NCBI GenBank assembly: GCA_030390025.1
Contig: CM059433.1
Location: forward strand, 19,532,001-19,596,000
DNA: 64,000 bases
From: Squalus acanthias
Taxonomy: Eukaryota
Reading direction: 5' to 3'
Below are positions 1 through 12,140 of this stretch, in pieces; the stretch's first letter is position 1; every line of letters begins with the position of its first letter. The notes beneath the pieces were generated by a model, which saw only the letters and a list, made by a program, of their open reading frames with translations, had not been told where the DNA came from and ran no database searches. Made by a program: the position numbers and the translations under genes.

Positions 1-781
1 TTAACAACACATTAACAGAAAATTTGCATGAACATTGCATAAAACACCCAAGTGGCTTCCCTTGTGTGTTGTTAGTTGGTATGATTGGACTAGGATGAGG
101 GTGAGTGTGAGGGGTGGCTAGTGAGATGGGGAAGTGATAATGTAGATAGAGAGGGATGGGTGGAGGTGCAAGGTAAGTTGGTGTGAGTAAGGATGTGCAG
201 GAGTACTGCAGGGGAGGCAGAGTGAAGGGGATGTGATGAGTGGCACAGCAGGATGAGGTTGAGTGTGGCTTTGCACTAACGTTTCGTGATCTACTGAGAT
301 CAATGAAAGGTTTGCGTCACTGCAGCCTGGTCCTCCTGACAACTATCCCTGCTTGTGTCCTCCTGTGCAATGTGCAACCAGGCTGCGTTGGTGTCCTGGG
401 AAGGTCTCTTCCGCCCATGGGAAGGGAAGAGGATCTCCCTGTGTGCTGTGACTCTCTCGATAAGCATATGGAGGGAGTCATGCGGGAGCCTGGGTGCAGC
501 CGTGCACCTTTGTGTAGTGCTTGTCAGTATTTGCAGCACCTCAATGCTGTAGAACACTGACAGAACAACTGTCAAAATGAATTTGGACATGGCCCCTTTA
601 AGGAAAATGACGTCATCAGACCTGTTTCCTATTAATTGGCCGGGAACCTTGCAGGGCGGGCTTAACAAGCCCAATCAGGGGAAAATCCTATTCGCAGAGC
701 GGCTGGAGCCGGGAGCAGGACCGGGACCCGCCAACCACCTCTCCCGCCGCGATTCCGCCTCTGATGGTGAAATCACGGCCC
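1..781 (-). mobile_element. Partial non-autonomous PIF/Harbinger element with decayed Myb/SANT(MADF)-like exon; truncated by window edge
   Basis: Minus ORF 300-674 contains AAPRLPHDSLHMLIERVTAHREILFPSHGRKRP...AAWLHIAQE, a MADF-like N-terminus. 1-600 aligns in reverse with 61370-61960. Ends in TIR-like GAAATCACGGCCC. Confidence 0.75.
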
Positions 782-811
782 ATTTCTCTGCCTACTGCCC
801 ATTCATCTCCT

Positions 812-943
812 AGACTAAAGGGATATTGGAACAGGGCAAGCACATGGGATTACGGCTACTGCTCGTGTGAGGGATAAACACCAACATGGACTGGTTGAGC
901 TGAATGGCCTTTTTTGTGTTGTAATTTCTATGTAATTATATGT
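812..943 (+). mobile_element. CR1 LINE 3' end fragment
   Basis: gctcgtgtgagggataaacaccaacatggactggttgagctgaatggcc...ttctatgt matches the CR1 tails at 37085-37160 and 53185-53270. Confidence 0.65.
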
Positions 944-1279
944 CCCAGGAACCCCACCCCCTTGCAATGGTCCCAGACCCGTGCAACCCTTCCCCCAATG
1001 TTGCCTGCCCCTGGGATTGCTCTTCCAGCATTTCCACATCCAGCAAAACATTTCCCCAATTTCATTACAGTGCTCCAACACTTCAGGACCATCCTGTCAC
1101 CAACGCCACAACCAGGCAACTCCCACCACTTCTACACTTCTAGCATACCACTCCCAGACCTTAAAGCCTGCACCTGCTACTCCCAAATCCAAGGACTCCC
1201 CTCCCTAATAGTCCCAAACCCAACAGGCTCTGCTCTCACACCCCAAAACCCCTTTCTGACTGCTTTCATATCCCTCGAC

Positions 1280-1962
1280 ATGAAACACAAAAAGTTAGCA
1301 TGCAGGTACAGCAAGTAATTAGGAAGGCTAATGGAATGTTGGCCTTTATTGCAAGGGGGATGGAGTATAAAAGTAGGGAAGTTTTGATGCAACTTTACAG
1401 GGCGCTGGTGAGACCGCACCTGGAGTACTGCGTACAGTTTTGGTCTCCATATTTAAGGAAGGATATACTTGCATTGGAGGCAGTGCAGAGAAGGTTCACT
1501 AGGTTGATTCCTGGGATGAAGGGGTTGACGTATGACGAAAGGTTGAGCAGGTTGGGCCGATACTCATTGGAGTTTAGAAGAATGAGAGGTGATCTTATTG
1601 AAACATATAAGATTCTGAGGGGGATTGACAGGGTGGATGCTGAGAGGATGTTTCCCCTAGTGGGGGTATCTAGAACTAGGGGGCATAGTCTCAGAATAAG
1701 GGCTCGCCCATTTAAGACGGAGATGAGGAGGAATTTCTTCTCTCAGAGGGTCGTGAATCTTTGGAATTCTCTACCCCAGAGAGCTGTGGAGGCGGAGTCA
1801 TTGAATATATTCAAGGCGGAGATTGACAGACATTTGAACGACAAGGGAGTCAAGGGGTATGGGGAGAGAGTGGGAAAGTGGTGCTGAGGCCAAGATTGGA
1901 TCAGCCATGATCTTATCGAGGGGCCGATTGGCCTACTCCTGCTCCTGTTTCTTATGTTCTTA
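1280..1962 (+). mobile_element. 5'-truncated CR1 LINE (ORF2 C-terminus and 3' UTR)
   Basis: ORF 1300-1887 has LYRALVRPHLEYCVQFWSP...LEAVQRRFTR...RRMRGDLIETYKI...FFSQRVVNLWNSLP, typical of the CR1 RT C-terminus, followed by a gcctactcctgctcct...ttcttatgttctta tail. Confidence 0.92.
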
Positions 1963-2107
1963 GACGAACCACTGCTACCAAACCAAATGACTTCTCCTCC
2001 CCACTACTGTCACATGCCTCCAATCTACCTGGAACCTGAACGTTTTCCCCAATGTCTCCCTGCACATCCTGACTTTAAAAAGTTACAGCAGACATAATAA
2101 TAGTCAA

Positions 2108-2297
2108 CAGAAAATGCTGGAAATACTCAGCAGGTCAGGCAGCATCTGTAACGAGAGAAACAGAGTCAACATTTCAGATCGACCTGAAACGTTAACTCTG
2201 TTTCTCTCTCTACAGATGCTGCCTGACCTGCTGAGTATTTCCAGCATTTTCTGTTTTTATTTGAGATTTCCAGCATCCGCAGTATTTTGCTTTTTTT
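2108..2297. mobile_element. Penelope-like terminal fragment arranged as a fold-back (inverted repeat)
   Basis: Arms about 2106-2180 and 2181-2255 are reverse complements. 14-bp TSD ATAATAATAGTCAA at 2094-2107 and 2298-2311. Same sequence as the terminus linked to the GIY-YIG ORF at 45926-46030. Confidence 0.85.
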
Positions 2298-3150
2298 ATA
2301 ATAATAGTCAAGGCCACTGATTTGCTGATTCCACAAAACTATAGACCTAATCAAATAATTTGAACCAAAAATACCAGCAACACGTAATCAATCACCATAA
2401 ACATTACATAGCATATAACTGATTCATTGTGAGAACTGCCATGGGAGATCAGGTTTGTGTGTGTGTATGTTTGCCAAGCTGACCTCCCATGGTGATGCTC
2501 ACATGTAACATGGTTGTGATGTGCAACTGCAAAGATGGGCCTGTGTTTAACTTGTTCTGCCTTTTTAAGACCATTACTCAGGTGGGAAAGTAGCATAAAT
2601 ATTAATTGGAAGCTAATTGCTGAGGAAGTTTTCTGTAAATTTGCAGTTGCCTGTAATTCCCCAACTCCTGCTCTCAGGTTACATCAGAAAAATCAGCAGA
2701 ACATTACTGGCTTTGTTTCCATGTTCTTTTAAATTTAAAAAAATTACCTAAGTTATTGATAATGAAAAATATCATCATTACAGTTATATTTATAACACCA
2801 TAAACATTACCTCTACAACTCTTGCTTAAGGTATGAAGCTTCTTCTGCCATTACAAATACCTTTTACTTCTACTTATTTACATTATTGGGTGTTCTCCCA
2901 ATCATCGGCTGTAACTTCAGTAGAAACAGTGTAAACACCATTTATGTTGTTTATCTGGTGTCCTCATGGATCTTCTGCTGAATGATTGGGAGATCCCTGT
3001 GAAAATTCTATCCCTAGATTATTTTTGCTTTTATTTTCCACAGTGAATTTTCAGTATGTGCTTAAAATGTAAGTGCTTTATTTCTTTGTTTATTCTTCGC
3101 GCCTCCCTCCTTAAAACCTTCCTTCTTTTTCTCCCCCTCACTTCCCACAG

Positions 3151-3339
3151 TGGATTTGTAGTTCTTGCTGAAGCTGTCACCGGTATAGAACTGCCAAAGG
3201 AAGTTTGTCTCACCACCGAGGATCCAACAATCATGGCCACTAATCACTGTCTAGGTCTGATTGAGTGACTGACTCGAGCAACAGCATGATGACAGACAGG
3301 CAGGATGGAATTCGGCGTCTAAGGAATGTGTTACATGAA
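3151..3339 (+). other. Candidate host exon (possible 5' UTR plus coding start MMTDRQDGIRRLRNVLHE)
   Basis: Long polypyrimidine tract ending CACAG at 3150, ATG at 3286, donor GAA|GTAAGC at 3339/3340. No recognisable homology. Confidence 0.25.
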
Positions 3340-4543
3340 GTAAGCGTCACTTCTTAAGAAGTGCATCCATGCGTAATACTTTTAATATATTACAGATAGA
3401 TGTGGAAAAAGAATACATTTACAGCCTCTAAACAAATCAAAAATATAGTCTACACACTGTCAGGTCAAAGGGCACCCCTTCTGAGCAAGAAATCGTGGGG
3501 ATTCAACTAATAGCCAAACCAGTTCTATGTCAGTTCCATTTCTGGATCTGACTCTTATTATTCTGCATGGGGCAATGCCCACAAAATAGGGAGCAAGATG
3601 CCAACCTGCTCACACCTTCTCTAATGCACCCGCGGAATTTCGACCTTCCTTTTATGAGAACTGCTGAATATAATAAATCAAGTACTGGATCTTAAGCTGA
3701 CCCTATCACAGTCAGTAACAAATAGTCATTGAAAGGCTGGAGTACAAACATCCAGCCACTGCTCCTCAGAGAGTTTCATCCCCACCCCTGTCATCCTGGC
3801 CATTTTGGTGGGGCTTGACTGTGCTTATAGATAAAACAGTTTATGTAAGAGGCATCTGATGAATTATTTGCAACTGTAAGAGAAGAAGTTACTGAAATAG
3901 CATGGGTGTTTGTATGACTTGAGGCAAACGATCAGGTATGAAGCCATGCTGCACCTAAAGAAATGTGCCCATCTTCACAGGCTGTCACACCTTTCAAAAT
4001 TGGGGAGGCCATTCTGAGGCTCTTACTATACCTCTGTGGTCTGGATTGCATTAGAGAGCGAAGAAGGCCAAAAGATCCAATTGTATAAGGAAATTGTGGT
4101 AAATGTCTTTATAAATATGAATCCCAATTCGGACGATTGGATGAGTCTTGATAGTTTGGGAAATTGTACAAATGGATATGATGATGCAGTTGCGAATCGA
4201 CATCAGCGGACAGCACTCATTCACCCAGCTGGTTCACAGATCCTGAGTTCTGTCATGTTAACTCATTCATGAGTTATAACTGAGCTGTCCAAAAATAAAG
4301 TCAACAAGGAAGAGTTACTCTTCCTGCTTGCTCAGACTCATGCTGCTGTAAAATTTGTGGATGCTTGCTAACATCTTAAAGACAAAAATGAAGCCGTTTT
4401 GTGTAAGCTTTAGGGTTATTTTAGCTTCGCTAATTATGACACAGTACATGAGGAGTTAAAAGCTGTCAGCACTCACAGAAAAACATGCCCCAGTTAATTT
4501 TTGCTGAATAGTTGTGACAGTTAATCATTTTGTCTTAGCTAGG

Positions 4544-5508
4544 TGTCTGAAGGAGGGGCCAAACCATTCAATTCAAATATAATCATCTTGTTGGGGGCAG
4601 ATCACCACCATGTTTCACTGAACACCTTGCTTTGTGACTCCCAGAGAACATTCATCCAAGAAAATGAGGCAGGAAGCCTGGAGTGTCGCGTTTGCCACTG
4701 CCCCATCTTCTCCCCAGAATTCCCGGGGCAACATAAAGAGAGACCTTGAGAATTGGGTCCCTGCCCCTTGTTCCGAAACTTTACAACCAGGGAAAGGGCA
4801 TTCCCTGTGGGCAACTGTCAAGAAGATTGCCCCCCCCTGAACTCCAAAATACTTAAAAAGTCATTTGATTTCCACCAGAAGAAGAGACAATATAATGAAG
4901 TGAGCAGAGGATCAAAACCTATAGGCTCTCTCTCTGTACAAATTTTGTTCCTTGACAGAGCTACTAGAAGACAAGACTTTGAATTGAGACAAACAATGGG
5001 TGAAGCACACCTTTGTATACAGTTGGGCAAATTACATTCCCAATCATCAACCTGAATCTCCTGGCTGCTTAACATGCAGAATTTCAAATATAAATCCAAA
5101 AATCAAAGAACATAATACAACTGATGAAAATTCAAAGGAAACATAATTGATAAGAAGAGTTTGTCAATGCTGGACATGGGTGTCTCTCAATTGCTCTGTT
5201 CAGTCGTACTCCTGTTGGAAGCCAGTTGATTTTTTCTACAGCTAGGTGGAGGATCCACCAATTTTAAAAGGTTAATGATATTAAATAAGTGATACATCAT
5301 GTTGACAAGGACCTTCCAATTTTGAAATCAAATCTTCAAGTGATTGATAAGAATTTTACTCAAGTGTTACAATTGAAAAGTGAATTTGAAATGAGGCAGA
5401 GGGTACAATCCTTTTTGAAGAGGAGCAATTGTTAATCTACTCCAAGTCGAAATGTCTGAAGGAGGGGCCAAACCACTCAATTCAAATATAATTATCTTGT
5501 TGGGGGCA
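4544..5508 (+). repeat. 56-bp direct repeat pair (4544-4599 and 5453-5508)
   Basis: tgtctgaaggaggggccaaacca(t/c)tcaattcaaatataat(c/t)atcttgttgggggca occurs twice with 2 mismatches. Confidence 0.85.
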
Positions 5509-5512
5509 TATT

Positions 5513-6407
5513 GGGGGAAAAATTCAGTTGGTTGCGCCTCCTGTTAGCGCCTTAAGAGGGCGCTAATGGGACACAAAGCAACTAGCGCCCGGGCGTGGCG
5601 ATGTTTGCGCCGCTCGCGAAATTAACTAGACATTTTGCGGCGGCGCTAAACACTACCGCCACAATCTCCTGCGCCGGCAGATCGTGACGTCAGTCGAGTG
5701 CGCAACGCCCCGATAGCGCCCCGGAGCAGATATTGAGTGGCGCCCTCTGCCTTACCGCCTTCCGCTAGCAACGACAGGTTGAGGGGAGCATTTTGCAGTC
5801 AGGAAGGGACTGGGGGAGCGCTATTTAAAGGCGACCGCTTCCTGCCTTTTATTGTTGGTGACATTTTTGAACCACGCATTCTGAGAGAGAGAGAGAGAGA
5901 CTTCTGGAGAGATTCAACACTGTGTGAAGGAGTTTTGGGTACTGAGCAGCACTTTGCAGGTTCATTTTGATTTGCCCTTCCTTGTATCAATTTAGAAGAG
6001 ACTGTGGGGGCTGCACTCTGAGCTCTTTCCCTGGGCCTCTCCATTGCTCTTTCCAGCAGATTTGATGTACAGGTCTCTCCAGGCCGAGATTCAAGGCTGC
6101 AATGAGCAGGATGTGGATGGAAAGCAAGATCAACCCTCCCCTTTAAGAACAGGCCGGTGCCATTTTGTGTGTGTGTTCCATTGCTGACTGACATCACATG
6201 AGCTTCGCCAGCGCTCTGAGGTAGCGCCTCGCTCCTCGGCCTTTGCGCCTTAAGACAGGTGTGAAATGCCTGATTTAGCGCTGCAATCACCTCCAGGGGC
6301 GATAAAAGTCAAGTTTGCAGTCGGAGGCGATAATTAGCACCAGGCGCTAATCTTTGTGCCCGGCCGATAATTGCGCCCCAAATGGGGCGATACTGAATTT
6401 CTCCCCC
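5513..6407. mobile_element. Harbinger-type non-autonomous element, family A copy 1
   Basis: TIR GGGGGAAAAATTCAGT / ACTGAATTTCTCCCCC (15/16). 3-bp TSD ATT at 5510-5512 and 6408-6410. TAGCGCC-rich ends. Homologous in reverse orientation to 50931-51824. Confidence 0.9.
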
Positions 6408-6868
6408 ATTGAATTCAATTGGGAATTATCTTCCTTTAAAAATGTGATAGCCTGTAGAGAGTCAATGAGGATTTGCTGGATCCATTCATTGTCTTAGGAG
6501 CTGAAGTTGGGGGGAGACTGAATGAGAACTTATCCACTCAAAGTCTGGGTGTAGTGAACACAGGAAAACCAGACTGGAAGGAGTATGCTCCCCTAATGGA
6601 ACCCACCTGATTTCCTGTCCATTCATCTAAATGGACGGAAAATGGGCCAGGCTCCCTTATGGGCATTCAATCTTCCCCGTTATTTCAAGTGCAGCCCTTT
6701 GTGAAAGCTGACATGGTCAAGATGAAGAAATCACTCTTAGCGGACAGAGAAGGATAAATCAGGATATATCCCAGGATACAAAGTCTGGAGGAGGAGGAGA
6801 GAGAAAAACTGGTAGAAATCAAGAGTTGAAATCAGCGATTTTCACAGAGGCAACTAATTGATTTATTA

Positions 6869-7002
6869 TTAGTTCATCGAAATGAAAGGTCATCGATCTG
6901 AAACATTTACTCCGTTTCTCTCCCCACAGATGTTGCCTGACCTGCTGAGTGTTTCTAGCAATTTCTGTTTTTATTTCAGATTTCCAGCATTTTGCTTTTG
7001 TG
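6869..7002 (+). mobile_element. Penelope-like terminal fragment
   Basis: aaggtcatcgatctgaaacatttactc...cctgacctgctgagtgtttctagcaatttctg matches the other PLE termini. 14-bp TSD TAATTG(A/G)TTTATTA at 6855-6868 and 7003-7016. Confidence 0.75.
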
Positions 7003-7049
7003 TAATTGGTTTATTAACAGATTTTAAAGCTGCACTTCATCCAAAATTC

Positions 7050-7270
7050 CACTGCCCATATTCTGTCCCACTTGGCTATCCTCACTGACCTACACCTCAA
7101 ATTGTGTTTAAATCCCTCCATGACCTCACCACCTCCCTTTGTCGAGAATTTCTTCCGAGCCCTACAACCTCCCCACCTCCGCCCATACTCCCCGTTTCTC
7201 TCATTCTAGCCTATTGTTCATCTCTCACTCCTTTCATCCCACAATTGGTAGCCTTGCCTTTAGCCACCAC
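7050..7270 (+). mobile_element. Decayed L2-like LINE fragment
   Basis: tgtgtttaaatccctccatgacctcacc (VFKSLHDL) and a degenerate gccttgcctttagc resemble the L2 ORF2 C-terminus. Confidence 0.45.
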
Positions 7271-8395
7271 AGCAATAAAAACTGCTGATCCCTTCCAGTA
7301 GGACCAAAAAAAGGAGAACCTCTCCATTTCCCCAACCTCACTCCGCAAGAATCTCTGAACCTCTCGCATGTCTGTTTAAATGGGAGACACAAAAGTGCTC
7401 TCACAGAGCTGGAGAATCTGCAAGGGGTTACGAAGGTCGAAAGTAATCATAGAAAACAAAAAGAAATAATACTGTATAAAGATAGTGATGGGATCGCAAT
7501 CCAAAATCTATTTGCTGCAGTAAATTCTTGCAGCTCCCCCTTCTTGTCTGGAAAGTATTTCACCTTGAATAGCTGTCAGGTGAGGTCACTTCCAGCCTGA
7601 GACACCAACCAGTAATTTCGGGCAACTACAAAAGGAAAATGATTGAAGAAAGGGACAAAATCAATCTGAAGCTTCTGCGGCTCAAATCCAGCAAAAGTAT
7701 CTCAGTATACCTCGTATGTAAAGAGAACTGAGTCAATGTCAACGCTGAAAGTTGCACATTGATATTAAGAAATTTGAAGAAATTAAATTGAAGACAAAGC
7801 TTCATATTCCTACACACCATTGCAGTCATCTGCTCTAGACAGACTGGCACCTGCTTGTAAGTAATGTAACCATTTCCCATGTAACTAATAAAATAAGATA
7901 GTGATTGAGGAATAACAAAAAAAGCACTTATCAATAAATAACACCAGGAGCAGACAGTCCGGCGCCTGAACGCACATAATCACTGGTGCTTGAACAGGGC
8001 AGCACACATTCCAAACAGTGAGTTCCATACTAATCAATACAATTAATAACCTAACGCAAAATTAAAGTCAGTCTGTTCCAGCCACAGTGGAGACAGTACT
8101 GGACAAAGATTATTCAGTGTCAGCGAGGACTCCAGAAACCAAAAGTTGTCCCTGTGAATCACTGGTTGTCAGACCTCAATGGGGGAGGGGAAGTGGGAAA
8201 TACTGACAGCTGCTGTTCTGATTGTCACGACGAAGCACTTAGTAGGAATTATACAACCCTGCTGCATTAAGTAGTTCAGCTTGTCCATTATTTCAGTGAC
8301 CCATGCCTCCTGTTTATCTTGCCAAGTTCAGGCTTGACCTGGGCACTGCTGAGTTTCAACATGGTAAGGTTAGCAAGAAGCTCAACACAAATAAT

Positions 8396-9046
8396 GGGCC
8401 ATATAATCCGATCCCTACGGGCGTGTACTTGCTCTTGACAGATCGGACGCCTGCCCTGGAGAAGGGCCTCCGCGTGCAGAGAGTTCCGCTTTCTGGAGAC
8501 CCTCCGCCCGCAGAAAACCCTTAGAATTGTTACGCCTGGTGAGGCCTGCTTTTACCAGGATAAGCGTTGAAAAAAGTTTAAAAAAAATGTTTCACTCATT
8601 TATCATTTGAGAATACTTTAAAAAAAAGGTACGTTTATTTTAAGCCCCGTAAAAAACTTGAATTATTTTTTTCAAAAAATTACATTTTTGTTTAAAATAT
8701 TAAATTTATTGTAATTTCAACTAATTTTAAAACAGTGATTTAAAAAAAAAATTATTTAATGTTTTACAGTGTTTTTGGGGTGATCTCCATTCATATATTT
8801 GACAGGTCTATCTGTCAAGTGTATGAAGGGAGATTCCTTCTTCTATTGGCTCCACATGGCCCACGTGATCCCAGGGACACTTGCGAACCGCATACGCCTC
8901 TGGGATATGTGGGCCCTGCGCACTTGGAGTTTGGAGAGGCCCAGGAGCGGAAGTATAGGCGCCTCGGGAGCCCTCAGGTAAGGGCGTAGATTTTTCCAGA
9001 TCGGAGGCCTCCGCACGCAGGGAGCTCCGATCGGAAAATATGGCCC
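8396..9046. mobile_element. Harbinger-type MITE (relative of family D)
   Basis: TIR GGGCCATATAATCCGATC / GATCGGAAAATATGGCCC (16/18). GC-rich ends and AT-rich core. Flanks AAT/GAT are a possible degenerate 3-bp TSD. Confidence 0.8.
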
Positions 9047-10284
9047 GATATCTCCCCATAGGTGGATCAACTTCTCCTGCATAAATTGAAGTGGATAATG
9101 ACAGAAGGGGCGAGACAGTCAGTGGGGCCAATTTTCACTGTGCAGCGCAAATCAGGAGGACAGTGGGTGGGGCATGCATGGCTCCTGCCTGGAGGAGTCA
9201 ACGAGGGATCTGAACCATTTTGGTTTGGAATCTTCATTATAATGAATGTGTCAGTGCAAAACATGCTCACCGATTTGGAGGTGGGAAAAAATCAGGAGAG
9301 GAAGCCGATTTTGAAGGGCTTGCAGCAGCAACTGAGAGAGGAGGGGTCGAAGCACTGGGAGTGAAAGTAAGCACCACTTTAGGACAGCAGCCAACGTTCT
9401 TGCAGAACCTACAGCACCAAGGACATTAAATATGGAAGCCTTTAAGGATCAAAAGTCTGCATCCAGCTTTCCCTAACTGCAGCTGAGGAACCCTTTCCTG
9501 GAACCCGAAACTGGCCGTCTCCTGACTTGTATTGCCCATGTTTGGTGCGCGAAAGGAGCAACTGAAGGTAATCGGACGAGCAGGGACAAAAATGGCATTG
9601 GGAGTCGTAACTATGCCATTTGACCCAACTTAGCATATATTCATAGGGCTTCCGCCTGCTTTTGGCTGTGGGCGTCAGGATTGAAGTTCGCTAGAAAATC
9701 GGCACAGGCAGGAGCTTAGCGGTAAATTGACACCCTGTGGTAGTTGGACCAAAAAAGCACAAACTGGGCGGTAGGAACACCTCAGGGAGGAAATGCAGAC
9801 TAACTTGGTCGCAGCAAGCGATGCTGCGATGTATGTCAGCTGTGGCGCTCTATGATCATTCCTTTAGAATTACCTGATGACCTTTGGCATTAATGAGTTA
9901 TCGTTGCTTATTCCTGAGACATAAACCATGTTCAAATTTAACAGTCTCGGGAACTGCAAGAAATGAAAAAAAAAACACATGATTGTTTATCAATTCTCCT
10001 ATGCTTTTTCACCCGAGATGCATGCAGCAGTTTCCACAAGATTAATCTTCAGTTCCTGGAGACTCCAGGGCAATCCTGGAGGACTGGCAATCAATGTTCC
10101 CGCTAAACTGCGTGGCTGCGCAGTAATGGGAAAGGTCCCGTGCAGGTAGCTCACTGGCTTCTCCATTGTAAATACCGTGCATGCGTGGAAATTTAAAGGG
10201 ACCATGCACTAAAAGAAACAGGCCGCGCAGAACAAAGCACAGCTTACAGGGAGCATTGTTGGCAACCTTACCCTTACCCCAGTC

Positions 10285-10510
10285 TTTGGTGGCAGAGCCT
10301 TCAGCTGCCTGGGTCCTACTCTCTGGAATTCCATCCCGAACCCCCCCTGCTCTTGCATCTCTCTTCCGATAATAACCTCATCAAATCCCATCTCTTGGAA
10401 CAAGTCTTTGGCTACCCCTCCTGATCTCTCCTTTCCTGGCTTGGTGTTTCCCTTTTCCATGAGCCCAGAGATGGAGTGCCTTGGGATGTTTATAAATAGA
10501 AGTTGTTATT
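10285..10510 (+). mobile_element. L2-like LINE 3' end
   Basis: ggcagagccttcagctgcctgggtcctactctctggaattcc (GRAFSCLGPTLWNS) and a tataaatagaagttgttattg tail. Confidence 0.65.
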
Positions 10511-12047
10511 GTGCATAATATTAGCAGCACTCTGCTGTGTTATAGCCACTGGGGTAGAGTTGTCACTTTGGGCGCAATCGCCCAAAATTGCTCTAGTTGT
10601 GAGAAGTGTTTTTTGTTTTGAGTTTCCGTTCAAACTCATTTGCATATCGGCAAACGTAAAATCTGCCGTGAACCAGCGCAATCGGACAGCATTTTAGAAG
10701 GTAACTTTAAAAAAATGTTTTGCTTTAAAAAATATTCCGTGATGTATTTAAGCGTGGTAACTTGGTAAAGTTTGATTAATACAGCTGAAAATAAGCATTT
10801 TAATCGGAGGGGGAAAAATTCGTCCCCTTAGCACATCCCATTAGCGCCAGCAGATGATGCTAACGGGATGCTAGAGCAGTATCGCCGGGTGAGACGAATC
10901 CAGCGGCGCACGGCAAATCCCGCCCCCCGTAGCGCCGCTGGTAAGAGTTATCGTCGGGAACATCAGCGCCAGGTGGATTGTGGTGTGAAGTGCTAGGAAG
11001 CTGGCTCCAGGGACGTTATTTAAAGGGATCATCAGTAATGACTCGCAGCTGTCAGGTTAGTGCAGTTTCAGTGGTTTCTTGACTATTGTCATACTCCAAC
11101 AGTTTCATTCAGTAATTTAAGGTTCTTTTGTAACAGGAGTGTTGTGGCAACTAAAAAGTAGCTACATTTATTCTTCAAAGGATCAAACTGCTACACTTGG
11201 TTACATTAATGGGGCTGTACTGGCAGTTGACCACGCCCTCCAGGATCTACGGCAGAGGGAGTGGAGGCAGCGAGAAAGACTGGAACATGTGCCCAGAGAG
11301 AGGAGGAGGGCCATCAGGGCTCTCAATAGGAGGCCTTACCCTCTGAGAGTATTCCAAGAGCACTTCTCCTACTTCCAATTAAGTGAGGAGCAGTGTATTA
11401 GAAGGCTCCGCTTCACCAAGGAGGTGGTCACAGAACTCTGCCACCTCCTGCAACCAGACCGCCAGCCTCAGATCAGGGCGACCACGGCTCTCTCAGTGGC
11501 AGTCAAGGTCATCGTCGCCCTCAATTTCTTCGCCAGGGGATCCTTTCAGTCTCCAACAGGAGATATAGGTAACATCTCGCAGTTCACCATCCATCGCTGC
11601 ATCCGGGAGGTCACAGAGGCTCTCTACAGTCGGAGAAGGGATTACATTTCCTTCCCCATCACTAGAGAAAAGCAGGATGAGCGTGCATGTGGCTTTGTCA
11701 GGATAGTGGGTTTCCCCATGGTGCAGGGTGCCATCGACTGCACCCACGTGGCTTTGTAGGCACCTCACAACAATCCTGAGATCTTCCATAACCGCAAAGG
11801 CTACCAGTCACTTAATGTGCAGTTGGTGTGCGATCACAGACAGCGAATCCTCAATGTCAATGCCCGCTATCTTGGCAGCAGCCGCCATGCCTTCATCCTG
11901 CGCCAGACTGGTGTGCCAGCACTCTTCCAGCCACCACTGCTCGGAGACAAGGGCTATCCACTCTCCACCTGGCTCATGACTCCACTCCACAACCCCAACA
12001 CTCCTGCCCAGCACTTATATAATGAGAGCCATGCTGCCACCAGGAAC

Positions 12048-12140
12048 TTCACCTGACGAAGGGGCAGCAGCTCCGAAAGCTTGTGATTTCAAATAAAACT
12101 GTTGGACTATAACCTGGTGTTGTGCGACTTCTCACTTTTG
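12048..12140 (+). mobile_element. 93-bp Penelope-like/retrozyme-like terminal insert
   Basis: 12-bp TSD GCCACCAGGAAC at 12036-12047 and 12141-12152. Removing it restores transposase HAATRN|IIEQ. Contains a hammerhead motif and AATAAA. Confidence 0.85.
12049..12086 (+). ncRNA. Putative minimal type I hammerhead ribozyme
   Basis: Stem I TCAC/GTGA, core CTGACGA plus extra A, stem II GGGGC-AGCA-GCTCC, GAAA, palindromic AGCT stem III, then T. Confidence 0.7.

Noticed and set aside
9124..9735. Possible old MITE (GGGGCCAATTTT ... AAATTGACACCC)
   Set aside because: TIR match is weak, no TSD and no second copy in the window.
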